Source: Oligoflexia bacterium (GTDB lineage: Bacteria; Bdellovibrionota; UBA1018). From it: a stretch of 64,000 bases of DNA. Shown one piece after another: positions 42,269-50,038 of this stretch; position 1 is the stretch's first letter; each line of letters starts with the position of its first letter. The DNA lies in the NCBI GenBank assembly GCA_963758495.1, contig CAVWVI010000003.1, positions 1,184,001 to 1,248,000 on the forward strand, read 5' to 3'. The position numbers and the translations under genes are program-made. The notes beneath the pieces are model-generated. The model ran no database searches and had not been told where the DNA came from. It saw only the letters and a program-made list of their open reading frames with translations.

Positions 42269-42340
42269 AAGCATTGCAAGGAGTCCTATTGCGCCGTAAA
42301 GATTTGGATTCCCGGCGCAACAGGACTCCTTGCAATGCTT
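42269..42340. repeat. Long inverted repeat (28-bp arms, 1 mismatch), REP/MITE-like or terminator
   Basis: AAGCATTGCAAGGAGTCCTATTGCGCCG ... CGGCGCAACAGGACTCCTTGCAATGCTT, 4 nt after the ankyrin gene stop. Confidence 0.85.
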
Positions 42341-42344
42341 ACTC

Positions 42345-44054
42345 TCAATCCTGCATTTTTCCCTTGGAACGTAACAATTCAGCTGGGGTTTCGCCATCGT
42401 TATCTTTTGCGTTCAAAGACTCAGGGTAATTCTTTGTTAGAAATTCAATGATATCTAGCTTTCCTTCGTATGCAGCTATATGAGCTGGGGTTTGACCGTA
42501 GTTATCTTTTGCGTTCAAAGACTCACGATAATTCTTTGCTAGAAACTCAATGATATCTAGCTTTCCTCCGTATGCCGCTAAATGAGCAGAGGTTCGTCCG
42601 TCGTTATCTTTTGCGTTCAAAGACTTGGGGTAATTCTTTGCTAGAAATTCAATAATATCTAGCTTTCCTCCGTATGCCGCTAAATGAACTGGGGTTTGAC
42701 CATTTATATCTTTTATATTTAAAGACTCACGATGATTCTTTGCTAGAAATTCAATGATATCTAGCTTTCCTTCGTATGCAGCTAAATGAGCTGGGGTTTG
42801 ACCGTAGTTATCTTTTGCGTTCAAAGACTTAGGATAATTCTTTGCTAGAAATTCAATGATATCTAGCTTTCCTCCGTATGCCGCTAAATGAGCATAGGTT
42901 TGTCCGCTGTTATCTTTTGCGTTCAAAGACTCAGGATAATTCTTTGCTAGAAATTCAATGATATCTAGCCTTCCTTCGTATGCAGCTATATGAGCTGGGG
43001 TACTGCCGTTGTTATCTTTATCGTTCAAAGACTCAGGATGATTGTTTATAAATTTTTCAAAGTTACTGACACTCGCAGACCTTGCCATGTAACAAGCAGG
43101 ATATTTTCCTAAAATTTCCTGCTTACAAGGTTGCTTAGGAGAGTTCCCACAAGAAGTAAGATAAGAAAAATAACGAGCAGAAAAACCACTCGCATCACTC
43201 CATCCGTCTTCTATCCCTTTACCCCAGCTATTCGCTATATTCCACTCATCATGACATATGGAGCCACAACAAACCGTCCTCGCACCTGTAATGACCACTG
43301 CATGGTCCTTATCGTTCATATTTAAGGGTGTGATAGGTATTTTTTTAAAGTGATCTTTTACTTCTGCTGTAGCAGCGAGATTATCAGATACTTCTAATAC
43401 ATGCACATTATAAGGAGGTATCGTTATTTTTTCGTGAGCAAGATGATCAATCAAGTCAAAATGAAAGGTATCTGGCCTTTTGGAAATAGCAGCAGCATAG
43501 CTTGCGATATCAATGGTGCTGCTTATGATATTTTCATTGATTGAGCTAAGAACCCCAACTGCTGATTTTTTACACCCTGGATCAATCCAATGACCATCCA
43601 ATGGGCTGAGTCTTGGCATAATGATGTGGTAAGGCATGTCTTTACTCGTTGAAATCTGATTTTCTCGGTTTTCTTGAAGTCTATATAAAACAGAATAGGG
43701 GAATCCACCGTTTACCGCTTTTTTTATGTTTCGATTACAAGAATTCCCCAGTACTGATAAGGGAGAAAGGCCTACTGGCTTTTCACTCTTATTTTGCTGA
43801 TTGTAAAGGTATTCAAGCATGTAAGTGGCCGCAAACCCGTAGCAGGTGCCAAAATCCAACTGATCGAAATCTTGAGTAGGTTTATATCGATCTTCTATAC
43901 TCGTTTCGTCTTTAATCCGCTTTTTTTGCCCTGAAGGGCACTCTGCAGGCTGTGCAAAAGCTTGCAAAGGAGTGATTAAAGGCAAAGCTAAAGTGAGGAG
44001 GCCTAACAAGGGGGAGCAGAAGGGGGGCAGCGTGAGGGGCCTAAGCTTGGGCAT
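42345..44054 (-). CDS. Secreted papain-like cysteine protease + 6 ankyrin repeats (intact paralogue)
   Basis: Signal peptide ending AFA; DQLDFGTCYGFA, DHAVVITG, IANSWG; six NAKD..G.TPAH.AA..GKLDIIEFL repeats. Confidence 0.88.
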   Translation of the reverse strand: MPKLRPLTLPPFCSPLLGLLTLALPLITPLQAFAQPAECPSGQKKRIKDETSIEDRYKPTQDFDQLDFGTCYGFAATYMLEYLYNQQNKSEKPVGLSPLSVLGNSCNRNIKKAVNGGFPYSVLYRLQENRENQISTSKDMPYHIIMPRLSPLDGHWIDPGCKKSAVGVLSSINENIISSTIDIASYAAAISKRPDTFHFDLIDHLAHEKITIPPYNVHVLEVSDNLAATAEVKDHFKKIPITPLNMNDKDHAVVITGARTVCCGSICHDEWNIANSWGKGIEDGWSDASGFSARYFSYLTSCGNSPKQPCKQEILGKYPACYMARSASVSNFEKFINNHPESLNDKDNNGSTPAHIAAYEGRLDIIEFLAKNYPESLNAKDNSGQTYAHLAAYGGKLDIIEFLAKNYPKSLNAKDNYGQTPAHLAAYEGKLDIIEFLAKNHRESLNIKDINGQTPVHLAAYGGKLDIIEFLAKNYPKSLNAKDNDGRTSAHLAAYGGKLDIIEFLAKNYRESLNAKDNYGQTPAHIAAYEGKLDIIEFLTKNYPESLNAKDNDGETPAELLRSKGKMQD

Positions 44055-44063
44055 AAGCTTATA

Positions 44064-44092
44064 ATTCTAGGGGAATTAAAGTAAATCATCAA
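44064..44092 (-). promoter_or_regulatory. sigma70-like promoter of protease-ankyrin gene 2
   Basis: TTGATG-N17-TAGAAT, 9 nt before ATG. Confidence 0.6.
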
Positions 44093-44110
44093 CTGAGCAG
44101 GGATAATCTC

Positions 44111-44300
44111 TTATCGAGGTACAAGCCCCATAATGAGACTCATTTTAGAGTGATTAACTCTAAAATGCAATAACCCCAAAAAAATCAATAGATCACAACT
44201 CCCGCTCAAAATTTAACCAACCGTGCAGAAAACCGAGAGACCAATCCCTGGTTGGGGCGCTTTCTGTAGGATACGTGAAAACTTCAATGGGGACACATGG
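44111..44300 (-). pseudogene. Duplicated ATPase promoter/operator plus first six codons (MGLVPR-stop); rest of gene deleted
   Basis: Matches 41990-42175, including the palindrome at 44141-44167. Confidence 0.75.
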
Positions 44301-44345
44301 GCGTTTTCATGCTACGCAGTAATAACATATTCAGAGGTATTCCCA

Positions 44346-44951
44346 GTGGCCTATAACCCTAAAGACTATTATTTTCAAAAAGCTAAAGAAGAGAACTATG
44401 CTGCTCGTTCTGTCTTTAAAATTCAGGAAATTGATGAGCGATTTAAAATTTTAAAATCAGGCTATAAAGTGCTCGATTTAGGTGCCGCCCCTGGCTCTTG
44501 GTCACAATTTGCCTCTGAAAAGGTAGGCAAACCCGGTCGTGTTCTTGGGATTGATATTCAACCTATTAAATTAACTCTTCCAAATGCTGTTTTCGTGACA
44601 GCAGACATGAGAGATCTTCAATTGGAAGAAATCATGGCTGCCCATGAAATTACACCTCCATTTGATGTAGTTCTTTCAGATATGGCACCGAAAACCACAG
44701 GCATACGCATTACCGACCAAACACGCTCAATGGAGCTGTGTGAGCTTGCTTTAGCTACGGCAGAACGATTTTTACGCCCGAAGGGCTCTTTTGTTTGTAA
44801 ACTGTTTCATAGTGAAGAATTTGAAAATTTTCGTAGATCCTTACGTGATCGCTTTGGGCGAGTCGAAGTCCTCCGCCCTAAAAGTACCCGTAAAGAAAGT
44901 AAAGAAATTTTCTTTATCGCTTTGCAATATAAGCCCAAGACTGGAACATAA
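44346..44951 (+). CDS. rlmE: 23S rRNA Um2552 methyltransferase RlmE/FtsJ
   Basis: D.Y..KAK.E.Y.ARS.FKI.EI, DLGAAPGSWSQ, LSDMAP, FVCK, RP.STR.ES.E; GTG start with GAGG RBS. Confidence 0.95.
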   Translation: MAYNPKDYYFQKAKEENYAARSVFKIQEIDERFKILKSGYKVLDLGAAPGSWSQFASEKVGKPGRVLGIDIQPIKLTLPNAVFVTADMRDLQLEEIMAAHEITPPFDVVLSDMAPKTTGIRITDQTRSMELCELALATAERFLRPKGSFVCKLFHSEEFENFRRSLRDRFGRVEVLRPKSTRKESKEIFFIALQYKPKTGT

Positions 44952-44965
44952 ATACTCAGGCCCTG

Positions 44966-45010
44966 TCCTTACTTAAACTGATCCTTACTTAAACCTTTCC
45001 TCACTTAAAG
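44966..45010. repeat. 3 x 16-bp tandem repeat (TCCT[T/C]ACTTAAA) between convergent genes
   Basis: Units start at 44966, 44982 and 44998; the third contains the pilin stop codon. Confidence 0.8.
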
Positions 45011-45216
45011 TTGTACTTTGACTGGCACCCCGGACATGCTGCTGAAATTTGCTTGGTATAGTAACCCCAGATACTGACCACTGTTTTTCGAAATCCTGTA
45101 CCAATAATACCCATGAGCGAAACGGCCACCAGCATCATTAAAATATACTCAACTACTGCCTGACCCTCTTCAGAGTGGGGAAAGCGATTTTGTGAGCTGT
45201 TTATAAGCTTTATCAT
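45001..45216 (-). CDS. Small Flp/TadE-like prepilin
   Basis: EEG-QAVVEY class III cleavage motif followed by a hydrophobic helix; CPGC near C-terminus. Confidence 0.65.
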   Translation of the reverse strand: MIKLINSSQNRFPHSEEGQAVVEYILMMLVAVSLMGIIGTGFRKTVVSIWGYYTKQISAACPGCQSKYNFK

Positions 45217-45223
45217 CAATCCA

Positions 45224-45238
45224 ATTATAAGGTATAAT
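45224..45238. promoter_or_regulatory. Back-to-back TATAAT elements of a divergent promoter pair
   Basis: ATTATA (45224-45229) and TATAAT (45233-45238), 7 and 8 nt from the respective ATGs. Confidence 0.6.
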
Positions 45239-45246
45239 GAAGCGAG

Positions 45247-45822
45247 ATGACAAGATCCAGAACAAGGAATAGTAGTACTCTAGGTAAAGTTTTTCTTCCT
45301 ATTTTCATTATCTTGATTTTGGTAATAGGCAGTTTATACCTGATTAAGTCACAGATCCCCCATTCACAAAAGGCGGGGGCACCTATTGAAATCCAAGTAG
45401 GTAACACTCTTCCAGATTTTACACTAACTTTATTGGATGGCTCCCAAGTAAAAATCTCGGACATTCATTCAAAAGTATTTCTGATCAATTTTTGGGCGAC
45501 CTGGTGTGAAGCCTGTATGAGTGAAATGCCCTCTCTTGTTCAATTAAGAAATACCTTTGTCTCACGAGGTTTTGAAGTTTTAGCAATCAATCTCGATGAA
45601 AGTCCTGAGGGTGTTGTGCCCAAAACGATTCGCCAATTTAAAATGGAATTTCCAGTTTATAAAGATTCCGAGGGCCATGTGGCAGAATTATTTGATGTAC
45701 ATGCAATCCCGCTCACTGTGATTATTGATGATCATCGAAAAATCCTTTTCGTAAAAGATGGCGAAGAAAATTGGAATGGGCCGCTGTTCCATTCTCAACT
45801 CCAGAAATGGCTTTCCGGATGA
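45247..45822 (+). CDS. TlpA/ResA-family thiol-disulfide oxidoreductase
   Basis: N-terminal TM, NFWATWCEAC, AIP. Confidence 0.92.
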   Translation: MTRSRTRNSSTLGKVFLPIFIILILVIGSLYLIKSQIPHSQKAGAPIEIQVGNTLPDFTLTLLDGSQVKISDIHSKVFLINFWATWCEACMSEMPSLVQLRNTFVSRGFEVLAINLDESPEGVVPKTIRQFKMEFPVYKDSEGHVAELFDVHAIPLTVIIDDHRKILFVKDGEENWNGPLFHSQLQKWLSG

Positions 45823-46520
45823 ATACCCAAGTTCCCCCCGTACATTTTAAACCATTTCTCTCCAGTGGGTCTTTGCCCATTTTTATGACCCGAGAGAATA
45901 AAAATTCATTGGGGCTTTTCCTTGCTGCAATAGCGATTGGACTCTATCTCCCCGCCAATCATATCCACTTTTTTCCACCTCAAGTTCTTCCCATGTCCTG
46001 GATCGACTCCGTAGTCCCTTTTCTTCCCTATTCCGTTTGGATTTACATTAGTGAATATATATTCTTTATTGCCGTTTACATGACTTGCAAAGACTTAGTA
46101 AATTTAAACAAATATTTTTATTCTTTTCTCATTCTTCAAATAGTCAGTGTTTTCATTTTTTGGGTTTGGCCGACGACTTATCCCCGACAGCTTTTTCCTC
46201 TTCCTGACCACTTAAATCCAATCACCCACTACGTTTTTACTACTTTGAGAGCAACAGACACCCCTGCGAATTGCTGCCCCAGTCTCCATGTTAGTAGCGT
46301 TTATCTTTCAGCATTTATCTTTTTGGATGATCAAAAGAAGAAATTCCCATTTTTCTTTTTATGGGGAACAGCCATAGCCATCTCTACCCTCACCACTAAA
46401 CAACATTATTTAATTGATGTCGTAAGTGGGTTTTTCATGGCGTTAATTACTTATTGGATTTTTCATAAATATGTAACTTATCGTCCGGTTCAATTTGGAA
46501 AACGCCAAGCAAATCGATAA
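45819..46520 (+). CDS. PAP2-family membrane phosphoesterase/phosphotransferase
   Basis: PSLHV and STL.TKQHY..DV..G; start moved to ATGA overlap. Confidence 0.82.
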   Translation: MNTQVPPVHFKPFLSSGSLPIFMTRENKNSLGLFLAAIAIGLYLPANHIHFFPPQVLPMSWIDSVVPFLPYSVWIYISEYIFFIAVYMTCKDLVNLNKYFYSFLILQIVSVFIFWVWPTTYPRQLFPLPDHLNPITHYVFTTLRATDTPANCCPSLHVSSVYLSAFIFLDDQKKKFPFFFLWGTAIAISTLTTKQHYLIDVVSGFFMALITYWIFHKYVTYRPVQFGKRQANR

Positions 46521-47749
46521 TACGATTCCTCAAATTTTGAAAAGGGGAGTATCGCTATATCCGCATCTTTACCCACTTCCAAAGTTCCCTTGGAGTCATG
46601 CAACCCTAGGGCCCTCGCCCCATTATAAGTCACTCCAGCAAAGATCTCCGCTCGAGTCATCTTTAAATAAAGAGCCGTAATCGTCATCACGGCAGGTAAC
46701 GACAAGCACATACAAGATCCAGGATTAAAATCAGTTGCAATGGCTACTCGAGCACCTGCATCGATCAACTTTCGGGCAGGAGCATAGGGTGCATTCAAAT
46801 AAAAGGCCGTTCCAGGGAGAAGGACTGCCACTGTATTTGAAGCGGCGATTTTTTTAATCCCATTTTCTGAAATCTTAAGCAAGTGATCTGCCGAAAGGGC
46901 GCCTAATTCTGCGGCCAAGGCAGCTGACTCTGTGTTGGCGAGCTCATCCGCATGAACTTTTATTTTTAATCCCAATTGACGTGCGCGAGTTAAAATACTA
47001 CGGCCCTCATCCAGCGTATAATAACCGTCATCTATAAATACATCACAACTGTCTGCAAGCTTTCTTCTAGCGATCTCTGGAAGCATCACCTCGATGATCT
47101 CTTTTAAATAATCCTCGCGTTTACAATCCTTAGGAAAATCATGAGCGCCCAAAAAGGTCGCTGTTAACATCATTTGAGGAAAATATTTTCTCAGTTTGGG
47201 TATGATTTTAAGAATTTTAGTTTCTGCCTCTGCTGAAAGACCGTATCCACTTTTAATTTCGACTGTTCTGACTCCGTAAGAGTAAATTTCTTTTAGTCGA
47301 TCAATCGCCAGTTCTTCTAATTCCTCTGTTGTAGCAGCTCGAGTTGCCCGAACAGTGGTCTGAATGCCCCCCCCCTTTTTGGCAATCTCCTGATAGGTAG
47401 CTCCGGCACATCTCGCAGCAAACTCTTCGGATCGATCTCCCGCAAAGATCAAATGGTTATGACAATCCACCATTCCAGGGATCACAGCTCGTTTTTGCTT
47501 AAGATTGACTTTTTTAATTCGAGCCCACTTTTTAGGGAAAGCCACTGTAGGCCCCACCCATTCAATTCTGTGAGGAATTTCTATTTTCCCCTGCTTTCTA
47601 ATACTGTACACGATAGCTCCATCAGGAATCCGACCCAAGTCCTCTTCCTGAACTTTTCTACCGTCTTTTTCACGTACTCCTACTCCAGTCAGTAACTCAC
47701 TCGCATGAATGATTGCTCTAAAAATCACTGTTTTGCCCTTATGACTCAT
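46490..47749 (-). CDS. hutI: Imidazolonepropionase
   Basis: DCHNHLIFAGDR, GGGI..TV.ATR, EIKSGYGL, HADEL, ATDFNPGS. Confidence 0.95.
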   Translation of the reverse strand: MSHKGKTVIFRAIIHASELLTGVGVREKDGRKVQEEDLGRIPDGAIVYSIRKQGKIEIPHRIEWVGPTVAFPKKWARIKKVNLKQKRAVIPGMVDCHNHLIFAGDRSEEFAARCAGATYQEIAKKGGGIQTTVRATRAATTEELEELAIDRLKEIYSYGVRTVEIKSGYGLSAEAETKILKIIPKLRKYFPQMMLTATFLGAHDFPKDCKREDYLKEIIEVMLPEIARRKLADSCDVFIDDGYYTLDEGRSILTRARQLGLKIKVHADELANTESAALAAELGALSADHLLKISENGIKKIAASNTVAVLLPGTAFYLNAPYAPARKLIDAGARVAIATDFNPGSCMCLSLPAVMTITALYLKMTRAEIFAGVTYNGARALGLHDSKGTLEVGKDADIAILPFSKFEESYYRFAWRFPN

Positions 47750-49295
47750 GATGTAGAAAGCATTTTTGTAAAAGTTCAGTCAGCTCATCAGAAGAAATGA
47801 TTTCTTCCATCAAATTATAATCTTCATAAAATACTCGATCAGAATCGAATCGACTGACTTTTTGACGAATTAAGGCATGGACTTTCTCTATAACCTGAGA
47901 ACTCTTCCGGGGACGTAATAAATCAATCCCTTGAGCGGCTGAAAGGAGCTCTAACATTAAAACACGTTGGGTATTAGCCACTACTTTTTTTGCTTTTCTA
48001 GCTCCCCATGCTCCCATACTAACATGATCTTCCTTATCTGCTGAAGTCGGAATGGAATCCACGCTAGCGGGGTGACAGAGCGTTTTATTCTCTGACACAA
48101 TACTGGCTGCAACGACCTGGACAATCATAAAGCCACTATTTAATCCTCCCTGCGTAGTCAAGAAAGGGGGAAGGTCCGAAGTAGCGGGGTTCACAAGTTT
48201 TGAAATTCTTTGCTCAGAAATACTCGCGAGTTCAGCGACTGCAATGGCCAGAGCATCCATAGCGATTGCGACTATTTGGCCATGGAAATTTCCACCACTC
48301 AAAATTTTTCCTTCAACAGGAAATAATAAGGGATTATCAGTTACCGAATTAATCTCCCGTTCAAGTACTTGCCTTACAAATGCCAAGGTATCACGCGAAG
48401 CCCCATGAACTTGAGGCATACATCTTAAACTATACGGATCTTGTACTTTCCCACAATTTTCATGACTTGTAGCAATCTCGCTCTTAACCCCCCCAGACAA
48501 AAGAATATTACGAAGATGGCTGGCAACCAAAACTTGGCCTGGGTGGGGTCGAACGGATTGAATCTCTGGATCAAATGCACTCGTCGTTCCTCGAAGTGCC
48601 TCGACACTCATTGCCCCTGCCAAATCAGCAATGTCGCACTGATGCTCTGCCTCTAAAAGATTGAGAACGCCCATTGCTGTCATAAACTGAGTGCCATTAA
48701 TGAGAGCTAAACCTTCTTTTGGACCTAGACGAATGGGCTCGAGTCCGACTGAGTTCAGTGCTTCAATCCCTGTCATCTCTCTCCCACCGTTTACTCCTGA
48801 GATGCGAGCCTTTCCTTCGCCGATGAGAACTAATGCCAAATGAGAGAGAGGCGCAAGATCGCCACTTGCTCCAACAGAGCCCTGCTCAGGAATAATCGGA
48901 ATAATTCCTCGATTTAATACCGCTAAAATCTGCTGAACTAATGCGAGACTGACCCCAGAGTGACCAATCGCCAGATTACTCGCTCTCAACAAAAGCATTG
49001 CACGCACGTATTGATCTTCCAGAGGGGAACCTATTCCACAGGCGTGAGATCTCAGAAGATTATATTGTAATTTCTCGATATCTTGAGAGGGAATCCGAAC
49101 ATTTGAAAGCAAACCAAAACCTGTATTCACACCATAAAAGGTGGCTCCCGTCTTGATCTTTGAAATAAGAAAATCATGAGCCCGCTGAATTTTCTCAATT
49201 GCCACGGAAGAAAGTTCTACTGTCCTCTTTTTTACAGCAACCTCATAAACCTCTGTGAGTGTTAAAGGTGCTGTCCCAAGTTTTAATGTCTCCAT
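47739..49295 (-). CDS. hutH: Histidine ammonia-lyase
   Basis: YGVNTGFG, GASGDLAPL (MIO), QDPYSLRC, GGNFHG, EDHVSMG; adjacent to hutI. Confidence 0.95.
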   Translation of the reverse strand: METLKLGTAPLTLTEVYEVAVKKRTVELSSVAIEKIQRAHDFLISKIKTGATFYGVNTGFGLLSNVRIPSQDIEKLQYNLLRSHACGIGSPLEDQYVRAMLLLRASNLAIGHSGVSLALVQQILAVLNRGIIPIIPEQGSVGASGDLAPLSHLALVLIGEGKARISGVNGGREMTGIEALNSVGLEPIRLGPKEGLALINGTQFMTAMGVLNLLEAEHQCDIADLAGAMSVEALRGTTSAFDPEIQSVRPHPGQVLVASHLRNILLSGGVKSEIATSHENCGKVQDPYSLRCMPQVHGASRDTLAFVRQVLEREINSVTDNPLLFPVEGKILSGGNFHGQIVAIAMDALAIAVAELASISEQRISKLVNPATSDLPPFLTTQGGLNSGFMIVQVVAASIVSENKTLCHPASVDSIPTSADKEDHVSMGAWGARKAKKVVANTQRVLMLELLSAAQGIDLLRPRKSSQVIEKVHALIRQKVSRFDSDRVFYEDYNLMEEIISSDELTELLQKCFLHHES

Positions 49296-49298
49296 ATC

Positions 49299-49973
49299 TT
49301 ATTTCCCTTCAAAACCTGATTTGAGCTGTGCAATAGCCTTTCGCCGATCTGCTGCTCCAAAAATAGCTGAACCTGCCACAAAAACATCTGCGCCGGCAGT
49401 GTGCAATTTTTCTATATTGGAAGCTTGTACGCCTCCATCTACCTCAATCAAAAACTTTCGGTTTCCTCTTAAATGCCTCAGCTTTTCTACTTTTGCTACT
49501 GAGCTTTCTATAAATTTTTGCCCACCCAACCCAGGATTGACGCTCATTACCAAAACAAGATCCACCCAATCCAATACTTCTTCGATTAAAACGAGGGGAG
49601 ATCCTGGATTTAAGGAGACTCCTGCCTTTGCACCTAACTTACGAATTTGGTTCAACACGCGATCGAGATGAGGAGTGGCCTCAGCATGCACGGTCACGCA
49701 ATCAGCACCCGCCTGGATAAAAGGCTCAACCCAATTTTCCGGCTGACTCACCATCAAATGGCAATCCAAAGGAAGCCGAGTTAAAGGTCTGAGCGCTTTG
49801 ACCACAAGTGGGCCAATCGTGAGATTTGGAACAAAGTGTCCATCCATCACATCCACATGAATCCAATCTGCTCCAGCCTCTTCTACTGATTTGATTTCTT
49901 CGCCAAGGCGCGCAAAGTCGGCAGATAAAATAGAGGGAGCTATCAACGAGGGGCTTCTTTTTTGGGTAGTCAT
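49299..49973 (-). CDS. rpe: Ribulose-phosphate 3-epimerase
   Basis: [32 protein letters not shown]. Confidence 0.97.
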   Translation of the reverse strand: MTTQKRSPSLIAPSILSADFARLGEEIKSVEEAGADWIHVDVMDGHFVPNLTIGPLVVKALRPLTRLPLDCHLMVSQPENWVEPFIQAGADCVTVHAEATPHLDRVLNQIRKLGAKAGVSLNPGSPLVLIEEVLDWVDLVLVMSVNPGLGGQKFIESSVAKVEKLRHLRGNRKFLIEVDGGVQASNIEKLHTAGADVFVAGSAIFGAADRRKAIAQLKSGFEGK

Positions 49974-50038
49974 CGAAACAAGACCATAGCAAAACCGACT
50001 TTAATCTGCATTTATTTTAATACTGGGTGTATAAGCCT

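Noticed and set aside
38770..43030. CRISPR array
   Set aside because: Repeats are in-frame 102-bp coding units without unique spacers; no cas genes
38721..44054. Diversity-generating retroelement acting on the ankyrin repeats (one position varies as AAY/TAC/GAY/AGC)
   Set aside because: No reverse transcriptase or non-coding template repeat in the window, and other variable codons (TCC, CGT, CAG, TTT) need non-adenine changes
44223..44345. 41-aa N-terminal extension of RlmE
   Set aside because: Derives largely from the duplicated upstream segment; GTG at 44346 has an RBS and matches the family start
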